Source of the DNA: Terriglobia bacterium
GTDB taxonomy: Bacteria; Acidobacteriota; Terriglobia; JAJPHL01; JAPKYU01
Assembly (NCBI GenBank): GCA_965206645.1
Contig: CBDBKE010000003.1
Coordinates: 832,001 to 896,000, forward strand
Length of the DNA: 64,000 bases
Reading direction: 5' to 3'
In this document: piece by piece, positions 52,547-62,993 of the stretch
How the letters are laid out: each line of letters starts with the position of its first letter
Position numbering within the stretch: the first letter of the stretch is position 1
Position numbers and translations under genes: made by a program
Notes under the pieces: generated by a model
The model's database searches: none
The model's input: only the letters and a program-made list of their open reading frames with translations
What the model was told of the DNA's origin: nothing

Positions 52547-53640
52547 CTGAGTCCCGCATAATATAAGGTAACCATTTAGAGAGGGCGGACGTCTTTTGAA
52601 TATGGGTTTTCCAAAAGGCGTGAAACGAGACTTTTGCCGCGTTGGAGCGGCGGCGGATCAAGGCGGTGCGGCTGGTGGTCGAAGAGGGTCTCAGCCAAGA
52701 CGAAGCGGCGCGGCGAGTCAAAGCGGCGCAACAGAGCGTGAGCGGCTGGGTGCGTCAGTACCGCGAACGCGGCGCAGCCGGTCTGGCGAAGGCTGGGCGT
52801 GCCGGCCGCAAGCCGTTGCTGAGCCAGGTGCAACTCGCGCAACTGGAGACTTTCCTTCTCGAAGGCCCTGGAGCCCACGGCTTCCCGACACCGCTGTGGA
52901 CCTGTCCCCGGGTGGCGCGGTTGATCCAAGACCGTTTTGACGTGCGCTACCACGAAGGTCACGTTTGGAAACTCCTGCGTGCCCTCAACTGGAGCCCGCA
53001 ACGGCCCGTCGGCAAGGCCCGCGAGCGCAACCAGGAAGCGATCCGCAAGTGGAAACGCACGACTTGGCCCGGCATTAAAAAAAAGCCCGCGAACAGGGGC
53101 GCACGATCGTCTTCCTCAACGAAAGCGGACTAAGCCAGAGGCCGCATCGCTGCCGCGCTTGGGCGCCGCGTGGGCAGACGCCCGTACTGGAGTTCAACTT
53201 CAACTGGGAGAAGCTCTCGGCGGCGGCCGGGATCACGTTTCACAACTTCTACTTCCGGCTCTATCCCGACGCCATCCGCGGTCCCGAAGTGATCGATTTT
53301 CTCAAATCCCTGGTGCGGCACATCCGTCGTCCGCTGCTCGTCGTCTGGGATCGGTTGCCGGCGCACAAAAGCGCGCTGGTGCAAGAGTTCCTGGGCTACT
53401 CGGAAGGCTATATCGAGACCGAGTATCTGCCCGCCTACGCGCCCGAGCTCAACCCGGTTGAATACCTCTGGGGCTACTGGAAGCAGCACCAGTTGCCGAA
53501 CGTCTGTCCGAAGGACTACTGGGACCTCGACGCGCGCGCTCGTCAGGCCTTACGCCGTATGCGCAAGCCACGCCTGATCGCCGCCTTTTGGAAGCAGTCT
53601 TCTTTGTCCCTGGATTAACTGAATATTATGCGAGAGTCAG
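52547..53640 (+). mobile_element. IS630-family element (split transposase, A8 slip site near 53080)
   Basis: TA duplication on both sides, IRs CTGAGTCCCGCATAATAT / ATATTATGCGAGAGTCAG, WDRLPAH, YAPELNPVE. Confidence 0.93.
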
Positions 53641-54035
53641 TAAGTATGTACGGGCAACTCCAAAGATGCGAGGCGGGATTTCAAATCGCTGGAGAAGCGC
53701 CGTCTACGTGATGAGATCGCCGCCGACCTCAAGCAGGTTGGACGGGAAATTCAAATGATGCCGCAGGAGGTCATCGGGTGGCACATCTAAGCCTGCATGA
53801 CAGAAAGGTGGATACGATCTTCCACCTGCTCGGGAAGACCGCGGACGGAATGACCAAAAGCTTTGGCTGGGGTCTGTCACAAGTTCTATCTTTTTTAGAC
53901 CGCCTTGGCAGTGCACTCGGCACGCCCGACCTGAGCGCTCACAACGCCTTTGTTAAGTTGCAGGAGTATCACAACCTGGAACCAGGATCACCGATCTTGA
54001 GATCTACCCGCGCGGCTAATCTCCAGGACAGTCCA

Positions 54036-56724
54036 CTAGTTATGACGCGTCCACGTTTCGAAGTTCCACAGCTCCGAATCCCAACCGTTCATCCGGACAC
54101 CCTCGATGTCGCTTGAGTGAGCCGACACACTTCCGCGGTGAACCAGAGGGATGATCGAGTAGCTTCCAACAAGCAGGTCGTTGAGCGCAATCGCGATCTG
54201 GTTACGCTGTTCCCTATCGACCGTGTTCTGCAACTCGGCATAGAGCCGATCGTATTGGTCAGACTGGAAGCGCTGGACGTTTCGACCGAGGAACGAGTTG
54301 GCCGCTCCAGCGATCTGGGCGGTGATCCAGGAGCCCATGTAGCTCTCCGGGTCCACGCCGGTTGAGCTGTCGGCGTACATCTGAACGTCGGCGTAGAACC
54401 TGCCCAGGGTGTCCGGGCTGTCCGGGTCACCGCCGAAGAACACCGATGGATCGATATTCTTCAGTTCGGTCTCGACGCCAAGCTCCGCCCACCAGACCTT
54501 GATGCGTTCCTGGGTGGCCTGCCGCACCGAGTTGTCGAAGTCTGGAAGAGGATCTTCAGCGGAACGCCTTCCCGCTCCCGCACGCCATCGCCATCAGAAT
54601 CCACGATCCCGGCATCGTCGAGAATCTCTCTCGCGAGAGAGATGTTCTGGACGAGGCATTCATCGTTGTTGGTCGATGCCTGGGCCGGTGGAGCCGGCCA
54701 GACATTGCACGTCGGCCGGCCGGCGTGCTCACCGTAACCGATCCTGACCAAGGTGTCGCGGTCGATTGCCAGTGAAAGAGCCCGGCCGACGACCGGATCG
54801 ATCAAAAACGGGTGCGGGTTCGTGCCGTCTGCATACTCCGAACGAAACTCGCCCAGACTGGCATCCGGATTGGTTTGGTTGATCATAAGGCGCTCGACTT
54901 CCGTGGCGAAAGCCGAGACAACGGTTCCGCTACCGCCCGCCGCCATCGATGCGAGGATTTCGGGTTCGATCTGGAGGTTCCAGGCATAGTCGGCCTCGTT
55001 GAGCTGAAGAACAGACCTCGCCGCAGCGGCCGCGTCCCCCCCTCCTTTTAGGACAACCTCATTAAAATACGGAAGACCGGATTCGACGCCGCGGTAGAGA
55101 GGATTGAACCCGTAGAGGACGGTGTCATTGGTGCGGAAATCGGCCGCGACGTATGGACCCGTGCCGATGGGCCCGAAGTTCGCATCGGTGCATTCGACCG
55201 CCGCCGCGCCCAGGCAGTCGACGAACTGCGAGGCTTGGAGGATCGGGCTGCTATAGGACACAAACGGGGCATAGGGGAACGACGTCGGTCCATCGAACGT
55301 GATGGTGACGGTTCGCTCATCGACTGCATCGACGGAAGCCACATTCTCAAAGCTCGACGATTGGGCACAGCCACCGTCGGGTGCGGTGCAGTATCGCCAC
55401 GTAAAAACAATGTTGTTCGCGGTGAGCGACGTGCCGTCGGACCAGACTACATCCTCCCGGATATTCCAGGTGATCCTGGTCCGGTCGGCCGAGATGCCGC
55501 CGTTCTCGAGGGTCGGGACCCGGGTAGCCAGAACAGCGACTATTTCGCCGTTCGGGTTGTACTCGGCAAGCGGCTCGATGACGAGCGATGCCGCCTCGAC
55601 ATCCTTGGTGCCGCTGGAGAGGTACGGGTTAAGGATTGTTGGCGCCTGCCAATAGAGGAGTGTTGCGCGCCTGCACTAAGGGAGTCGCCACCTGGTGGGC
55701 GTCCCTCACTGCCGTTCCCACCCCCTACCAACCCCGGTCGAACACCCTCGTCCAGATAATAGCCGGCTCCGACCAGGATCGGCAGACCATAGGCCAAGAC
55801 CCTCTTGACGAAAGTCACCTTGCGCTGGGGCATTCCGGTCGAGGGATTGCGCGTCGAGTAGTACAGGAAGGTTTCACCGAACGCGTCGCCGACACTCACC
55901 ACATCCCGGCCGCCGAAGGGTCCCTCCGCATAGTCGTTCAACTCGGGAGCAAGTGTGCCATACCCCTGGCTGTAGGGATCGCCGCTGAACAGCGCGTTGC
56001 CGTACGTATCTATGCCAAACAAGTAGATCGAGCCGTTCCTCCAACGCGGATCGGTCGACAGTGTGATGGTGGCGAAGTACCCTTTCGATTCCAGCTCCAT
56101 GGCGGCGCAGCGGACAAACTCCTGCAACTTTTCGTCGCTTGGGGCGGCCTCCAACAAGGCCGCGTTCACTTCCGTGCTATTGCACGTGCCAGGCAGGTCG
56201 CGGCGGTAGATCCCCGCGCCGATCGCGGCGGGGACCCCGTTCCAGTCGATGCTCTTGATGTAGGAAGCCTTCGGTTCATCCCTGCCCGTCGCTGGGTTGG
56301 TGAAGGAGTAGTAGATCCAGCCCTCGCCGAAGTTGTTCACGAGGCGATACTGTTCTTTGAACCAGTCGTTGCCGAAGACATCGATCAGCAGTCCCCACGG
56401 GGCCCCTTCCCGCGACGGGTCGGGTGGGAAGACGAACGCCCGTGCTGTATCAGTCATGGGTGTCACTTCAACAACGAAGAGATAGGTCGGGCCGCTTCTC
56501 CAACGCTCCTCCTCGTGGAAGGCCCGGCGGGCCTCCTCAAACCCGACCTCCTGGACGAACTCGTAGGCGCATTGAACGAACACCTGAATGTCCTCCGCTG
56601 TGCGCACAGCGCTGGCGACGATGGAGTTATCCGAACAAGACAGAGGTTCAGCGGCGCTGAAAGTCGGCGCGGCGCACAGCAGGATTAAGAGAATCAGAAA
56701 TGGGGGGAGACGATGTTTCATCAT
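54036..56724 (-). pseudogene. Tandem Cache domains fused to a peptide ABC substrate-binding domain, with frameshifts near 55670 and 54530
   Basis: Signal peptide and two Cache units (Y...NPATG...K...GAGIY twice). The next frame reads LLYWQAPTILNPYLSSGTKD, WSDG, PIGTGPY with no start of its own. Confidence 0.8.
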
Positions 56725-56946
56725 TATAACCCAGAGATTACCATGAGCAGATATGTTATCAAGAATGCCGTTTCCTGTCCCGGAACTGCCCTCTGACAAC
56801 TCCCAGAAGAACAAAGCTCAGCCACAAAGGGGAGACCCGACGCCCTCGAAGAGAAGCTCACCCGGTCCTCCAGCTCGAAATCGCCTCCGTCACCAACTCG
56901 GCGAAGAGACGCACCCAGGAAATCCGCCTGCGGCCACGATTCCAGC

Positions 56947-57745
56947 GGCTTTGTCAAGTTAAGGCAGAATCAGGCACAATTGGCGGATGAAATCACAATA
57001 TCGAGGGCATCGCTTTCCAGCTGAAACTATCAGTCACGCCGTCTGGCTGTACCATCGGTTCACGATGAGCTTTCGCGACGTCGAAGACCTGCTTGCTGAG
57101 CGAGGCAGCATCGTTTCTTACGAGGCAATTCGATATTGGTGTCTGAAGTTCGGGCCGGCCTATGCTCGCAATCTGCGGAGGAAGCAGGGGCGACTCGGCG
57201 ACATCTGGCATGTAGATGAGCTCTTCATCAAAATCCGAGGTTAGCACTTCTATCTGTGGCGAGCTGTCGATCAGGATGGAGACGTAATCGATATTCTGGT
57301 TACCAAATGTAGAGATCGTCGAGCCGCTACGCGCTTCTTTCGTAAGATGTTGCAATATCAGAAACGACCACCCTGGCAACTGATCACCGACAAGCTGCGC
57401 AGTTATAGGGCAGCGCATCGAGAGGTCTTTCCTGGCTGTCGTTCATCGCACCGGTCGATACGAGAACAACAGGGCTGAAGCCTCGCATCAGCCAACGCGT
57501 CAGCAAGAACGCCGGATGAGACGGTTCAAATCAATAGAACATACACAACGTTTTCTCTCAGTCCACGGCCCCATTCAGAACTTGTTCCGAGTCGGTCGTC
57601 ATCATCTGAAAGCGCACCATCATCGACTCCTCCGCACCCGGGCTTTTTCCGATTGGAAAGAGATGACGTGCGCCTGTTGAGTAATTGCAAAACTCCATTC
57701 GTTTTCGGGAGAATCTTGCCTCGGCTCCGTTAACTTGACAAAGCC
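56947..57745 (+). mobile_element. IS6-family element, defective, copy B (same as copy A without the MITE)
   Basis: Same IRs, same premature TAG and same frameshift. Confidence 0.93.
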
Positions 57746-59379
57746 GTGCTGAGTTTTTCGAGCAGTCCCGTGCGGCGGGGCGGGCGCTGTTGGCAGGCCG
57801 CGCGCACGGCCGCCTCGTCGGCCGCGATCAGTATCTTCGATCGTGCTCGGGTCACGCCGGTGTACAGCAACTCGGGTCCGGCGAGTTCGTGGGCCTGGGG
57901 GGGCAGTACCAGCAGCACCGACTCGAATTCGCTGCCCTGCGAGCGGTGCACCGTCATTGCCCAGGCCGTGTCATGGCTGGGCAGTGCTGCCAGCGGCACA
58001 CTGCGGGGTTCCTGGAGGCTGGGAAACCACGCCATGACCCCGCGCCCATCTTGCCTGTCCAGGAGCACGCCGACGTCGCCGTTGAAGAGTCCGCTGTGGG
58101 GATCGTTGGCCGTCACCAGTACGGGGCGACCATGGGTCCATTCGCCGGCAGGTCGCCCCTCGCGACGCAGCCTCGCCTCGACCCGGGCGTTGATGCCTTC
58201 AACGCCATAGCGGCCCCGCCGCAGCGCGCACAGGATACGCACGCGCGCCACAGCGGCCAAGACCAGTGCCGGTTCCGGTGCCCGGACCACCTCTATGATC
58301 TGCGGCCAGACGTGGCCCAGGGCATCGTCTATCTGTTCGGACGAGTAGTGGGCCAGTTCTTCTCGATACGCGGCGCTGGTTAGGGTTTCGACCGCTGCCG
58401 TGGCTTCGTACTGGCGAATGGCGGCCGCGAGGCGGCTGATCCCCGGGTGCGACTCGAAGCGATAGTTATGGTCCAGTTCGACGCGGCACCTGTGCAGGGC
58501 CCCGCCATCAGCCGCGACAATCATGTCAGCCAGCACGCGACCCGGCTGCACGCTCTCCAACTGGCGATGGTCGCCGAGCACGACAAGGCGGGTGCCGCGT
58601 CCCAGGGCGGACAGCAACCGGTCCCACAGGGCCAAGTCCAGCATCGACGCCTCGTCGACGACGACCACGTCAGCGGGTAAAGGGTTGCCGGCATGGAACC
58701 GGCAGCGGTCGGTGCGCGGATTCCAGCCCAGGAGTCGGTGCAGCGTGCGCGCCTGGCCGGCCGCGCGCTCCAGTTGGGGACGGACAGGTGCCAGCGGTCC
58801 GTCGAGCGTCCGGGCGGTCCGGCCGATAGCCTCGCCCAGCCGGGCGGCAGCCTTTCCAGTGGGTGCCGCCAGCGCGACGCGGAGTCCAGAATCGCGGTTC
58901 GCCAGGAGGGCCAGCAGGCGCGCCGCCGTGGTGGTCTTGCCCGTCCCGGGACCGCCGGTCACCAGCGTGAGCATTCGCCGGAGGCCCAGCTCCGCCGTGC
59001 GCCGTTGCGCCGATTGCGGGTCAGGAAAGAGCTGCGCGAGATCGTCAGCCGCCTCAGGGGCCGCACGGCCAGTTGGCGTGCGTGCGCCAGGACCATCCTC
59101 ATGGGCCAGCGCTCGCAGTCTGGTGGCCACCCGGGTCTCGGCCTGATCCAGGCGCCAGGACTGTAGCCGCGTGCCGCGTAGGACGAGCGGGGCCGGACCG
59201 TTGCCGTCCGTGCCAGTCGTGACGGCAGGGCTGGATGCCAGCAGTTCGGCTTCTTCGTCGCTGAGCTCGAGCGAGGTATGACCGGCGGCCCACGCGCTGA
59301 AGAAGCGACTGAGTACTGGTGTGGCAGCGTCTGGCAGGCCCCACCGGCGCTTCAACATCTGGATGGCGGCCTGGCTCAT
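57730..59379 (-). CDS. recD: Exodeoxyribonuclease V alpha subunit
   Basis: GGPGTGKTT, VDEASM, HRSQGSEF. The stop codon is supplied by the IS6 end. Confidence 0.92.
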   Translation of the reverse strand: MSQAAIQMLKRRWGLPDAATPVLSRFFSAWAAGHTSLELSDEEAELLASSPAVTTGTDGNGPAPLVLRGTRLQSWRLDQAETRVATRLRALAHEDGPGARTPTGRAAPEAADDLAQLFPDPQSAQRRTAELGLRRMLTLVTGGPGTGKTTTAARLLALLANRDSGLRVALAAPTGKAAARLGEAIGRTARTLDGPLAPVRPQLERAAGQARTLHRLLGWNPRTDRCRFHAGNPLPADVVVVDEASMLDLALWDRLLSALGRGTRLVVLGDHRQLESVQPGRVLADMIVAADGGALHRCRVELDHNYRFESHPGISRLAAAIRQYEATAAVETLTSAAYREELAHYSSEQIDDALGHVWPQIIEVVRAPEPALVLAAVARVRILCALRRGRYGVEGINARVEARLRREGRPAGEWTHGRPVLVTANDPHSGLFNGDVGVLLDRQDGRGVMAWFPSLQEPRSVPLAALPSHDTAWAMTVHRSQGSEFESVLLVLPPQAHELAGPELLYTGVTRARSKILIAADEAAVRAACQQRPPRRTGLLEKLSTALSS

Positions 59380-62300
59380 GACGGCACGCCGCGGTCAGGG
59401 ATCGCAAAGAGACGGTCGAGTTCGTCTAGCAACGGTTCGGACGGCATGATCTCGAGCACGCCCTGACTCGTCCCTGGACGCACACCACGTACGAACAGCA
59501 GGCTGCCCGACACGGCCGTCCCACCGGAATCGTAGAGCTGCAGGTAGCGGCGCAGCGCCACCAGATATAAATGCAGCTGCAGCAGATAGTGCTGTCTCGC
59601 CGCGCAGCGCCACAGGGCCTGCCGGCTGTAGTCGGCGACACGCGAGCCCAAGTAATTGCTCTTCCAGTCCACGACGCCCCAACGGCCATCGGTCCGCACC
59701 AGACGGTCGATGTATCCGGTGAGCATGCCCGCCAGCGCTTGGCTTGGCAGGCCGGCCAGATCCTGGGCGTAGTGGCGTTCGTCTGTGGTACGGGCGTGAC
59801 GGGCGAAGATATCTGACAGGGCTTGGCCGGTGATGCCGGCCCGCCCCAGCGGCAGCAGGAACTCCCATTCAGACAGGGTCTTGTTCGAGGCGGCCGTGTC
59901 GAGGCGAGCATCCAGGCCGTCGAGGCGAGTGGTTTTCAGCGCGGCGAGTGTGTGCCGCACTGCATCGGCAGCCTCGGTGGAATAGAGCCGGTGTCGTCGT
60001 AAGCTGCGGTCCACCAATACCGCCGTGTCCTCGTGGAAGTCCCATTGCTCCAGGAGCTGGTGCAGGCAATTGCCGGCGTGGGTTCCGCGAGCAAAGGTAG
60101 CCAGGGGCACGTCAGCGTCCATGGCGTCGGCAACCGCACCGATGGCGCCGGCGTCATCGGGTTCCGCCACTGCGTCTCGATGGTCCCGTTCGTTATGTCT
60201 TCCATGGGCCAGCTGCGAGAAGCTGGTTAAGTGCCACGCATGGAGATCGAGTACAGGGGCGGGACGCGCCTGCATGGCGGTGGCGCCATGGCCACGGGTA
60301 GTCCGGATCGTCTCAGTGGGCGATGGAGGGGGCAATACGGTCAGCACGTCTGGATACGCCGCGCGCAGGCGGCGTAAGGTGATGCCATGTTCGCAGGCGG
60401 CGGCATCCTTCTTCCGATCGGTCACGTTCTTGTACCAGTCTTCCAGGCTGTCGACCTGTTCGTCGGCCCGCAGCAGCCAGTCGAGGGCGGTCGGAGGCAG
60501 TGTCGCCATTGCGGTGTAGCCCAAGGGGCCGGTGAGCAGCGTCACACGGCGACGGGCGCGGGTCAGCGCCACGTAGGCCAGCCGTACGTCTTCCCGAAGG
60601 CGCTCAGCGGTAGAGGCGCGGTGTTCTGTCTGATTGTCCCGTTGTGTGCCGTCGGCGAGCACCCAGCCGTTGTCGCGGCGGATGAGCAGACGGTCGGTGA
60701 CACGGGCGTCCGATAGCGCCGACCACAGGTAGGGGCAATACACAAAGTCGAATTCCAGCCCCTTGGCCCGGTGTACCGTGACGACTTGTACGGCGTCGCC
60801 GTCTTCTTCCAGCCGGTGGAGGCGTTCATCCGCCGAGCTGCTTTCCGACATCCGCTCGCCCTCGAACCACTGCAGCAGCTTGATGGGCGCATGCTGGCCC
60901 TCGGCTTCCCGGGCCTGCAACAGTTCGACCAGATGGCTCAAGTCGGTCAGGTGCCGCGCGCCGGTCGGCGCGCGGGCGAGTCGCAGGGTGGCGCTGGAAT
61001 CTGCTTCCAGACGAGCCATCAGCGTGGCGATCCCGTGACGATGCCACAGGTCGTTCCATGTCGAGAAAGTATTCAGCCATCGATCGGCGTCTGCCGTGGT
61101 GAGCGCGGCCAGCATGGCCGAGTCGTAGCCGAACAGACGGGTCGCCATCGCGGCGCGTCGCCACCCGGGGTGGGTGGGCGACAGGACCGCCTTCAGAATC
61201 GCCGCGAGGTCGGATGCCGTGTCGCTCTGCATGACGTCCCCGTCGTCGCGGACCACACTCGGCACGCGTCGGGCCCGCAGGGCCTCATGGACCAGCCTGG
61301 CCTCAAGGTTGGTGCGTGTCAGCACGGCCACGTGTGACGGATTGACCCGTGTCGCGCCGGCTCCCATCGTCCGGTCCAGCAGATCCACGATAGCCGTGGC
61401 GGTGCAGGCGGCCGCGCGCGCGCGACGCGGCTGGGCACGAGTCCAGTCCTCGGTGTCGACGTCGGAGCTCACCCAGGCGACCAGCCGTCCGTGCCCGTCA
61501 TCCGGCAAGGGCAGGTCTTCGTCCCGGCGGGCCGCGGTCGCCACAGGGTAGGACAGGTCGGGAGTGGCGAAGGCGTGGGGGCGTCCGAACAGAGCATTGA
61601 GCGCCGTCACCAGGCCAGGGGCCGACCGATAGGTCGTGGCCAGACTGCTGATGCGTGCGTCATCCGTCGGTCGGGCCGAGAGGTACGCGTCGAGGTCCCC
61701 GCCACGAAAACTGTAAATGGCCTGCTTTGGGTCACCCACCAGGATGAGCCGCCCCGGTTCCCTCCCGCGGTCAAAGATGGCCCTAAAAACGTCTAACTGT
61801 TGCTGGTCGGTGTCCTGACTCTCGTCAATCAGGCCCACCTTCCACTTCTCCGCCAGCCGCTGGGCGAGCGTCGCGCGGTTGAGCCCCGCGCACAGCGCAC
61901 GATGCAGGTGCTGAATCAATCCGTCGTACGTGACGGCGTTGGTGCGGCGCAGGCTGCGTTGATAGCGGTGCCCAGCGGCCTGATTCAGGTGCGCCAGCCA
62001 AGCCCATCCGGTCGCGCCGAGGCTGGCCTCCACCGCTCCGGCTGCGGCCACAATCGGCAACGCGCCCGCCTCGTCCGAGACAGCCCTGCCCACCGTGCCT
62101 CTCCGGCCAAACCAGGATGTCGCACCCGCGAGTCGCGTGGCAACGTGAAAAATATCAGCCGGGGGCTGCTGTGGGTCCAGGGTCTCAATCGTCGCGTGCC
62201 ACGTGTCCAGCTGCGCGATCGAATCTTTACCAGGATTCTGTGCCGACCTATTTAGGCTCACTGCGTTCCGGCCGGCGATCTCCTGCAGTCGACGGATGTC

Positions 62301-62993
62301 GGCGCGGGTCGCCTGCAGGGCTTCGAGCGCCTTCGCCACCCCGTCTCGTGCGTCCTGCAGCGAGAGTGGCTCCGGCTCCATGCGGGTGGAGGGTCGCCGG
62401 GTCAACGAGCGCCAGGCCTTCAGATCGTCCTCGACTGACCAGTTCCCGCAGGCGGCCACCGCGGCCAACAACGAATCGGCACCGAGATCGGTGCGCCACG
62501 TATCTTTGATGGCATCCGACTGCGCATCGCCGGGGTCCGGCAGGACCTCGAACCCGGCAGGCATACCGCACAAGAACCCCTCGGCTCCGAGCACTTGCTT
62601 GCAGAAGGCATGAATGGTCGAGACCGCGAGCTGGTCGCTTTCATCCAGTGCCAGCCGCAGCCGCAGCACGGCCGTGTGGCGCGCAATGTCGGGGAGAGCC
62701 TCAAGACGGTCCAGCAGCAGACGAATGCCCTGCTGGTGCTCGGCGGGCTGGGTGCCGGCATCGGCATGCCCGACGAGGGTCGCCAACTGGCGGCGGATCT
62801 GCTCGCCCATTTCGCGGGCCGCGTCCTCAGTAAACGTGACCAGTAGCAGGTCGCCGATGTCGCTGACCACCCCGTCCACCAGCAGGCGAGGGACCAGATG
62901 CGAGATGGTCCAGGTTTTCCCAGTGCCCGCGCTGGCTTCAATGACCGACAGGCCGGGGGGCACGTCGGTGGTGCGCAGGTCGAAATTAGCCAC
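59376..62993 (-). CDS. recB: Exodeoxyribonuclease V beta subunit
   Basis: EASAGTGKT, IDESQDTD, GDPKQAIYSFRG, nuclease motif GYID...VDWKSN. Confidence 0.93.
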   Translation of the reverse strand: MANFDLRTTDVPPGLSVIEASAGTGKTWTISHLVPRLLVDGVVSDIGDLLLVTFTEDAAREMGEQIRRQLATLVGHADAGTQPAEHQQGIRLLLDRLEALPDIARHTAVLRLRLALDESDQLAVSTIHAFCKQVLGAEGFLCGMPAGFEVLPDPGDAQSDAIKDTWRTDLGADSLLAAVAACGNWSVEDDLKAWRSLTRRPSTRMEPEPLSLQDARDGVAKALEALQATRADIRRLQEIAGRNAVSLNRSAQNPGKDSIAQLDTWHATIETLDPQQPPADIFHVATRLAGATSWFGRRGTVGRAVSDEAGALPIVAAAGAVEASLGATGWAWLAHLNQAAGHRYQRSLRRTNAVTYDGLIQHLHRALCAGLNRATLAQRLAEKWKVGLIDESQDTDQQQLDVFRAIFDRGREPGRLILVGDPKQAIYSFRGGDLDAYLSARPTDDARISSLATTYRSAPGLVTALNALFGRPHAFATPDLSYPVATAARRDEDLPLPDDGHGRLVAWVSSDVDTEDWTRAQPRRARAAACTATAIVDLLDRTMGAGATRVNPSHVAVLTRTNLEARLVHEALRARRVPSVVRDDGDVMQSDTASDLAAILKAVLSPTHPGWRRAAMATRLFGYDSAMLAALTTADADRWLNTFSTWNDLWHRHGIATLMARLEADSSATLRLARAPTGARHLTDLSHLVELLQAREAEGQHAPIKLLQWFEGERMSESSSADERLHRLEEDGDAVQVVTVHRAKGLEFDFVYCPYLWSALSDARVTDRLLIRRDNGWVLADGTQRDNQTEHRASTAERLREDVRLAYVALTRARRRVTLLTGPLGYTAMATLPPTALDWLLRADEQVDSLEDWYKNVTDRKKDAAACEHGITLRRLRAAYPDVLTVLPPPSPTETIRTTRGHGATAMQARPAPVLDLHAWHLTSFSQLAHGRHNERDHRDAVAEPDDAGAIGAVADAMDADVPLATFARGTHAGNCLHQLLEQWDFHEDTAVLVDRSLRRHRLYSTEAADAVRHTLAALKTTRLDGLDARLDTAASNKTLSEWEFLLPLGRAGITGQALSDIFARHARTTDERHYAQDLAGLPSQALAGMLTGYIDRLVRTDGRWGVVDWKSNYLGSRVADYSRQALWRCAARQHYLLQLHLYLVALRRYLQLYDSGGTAVSGSLLFVRGVRPGTSQGVLEIMPSEPLLDELDRLFAIPDRGVPS

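Noticed and set aside
53700-54030. Short ORF pieces right of IS630
   Set aside because: Probably gene debris, and no family could be supported.
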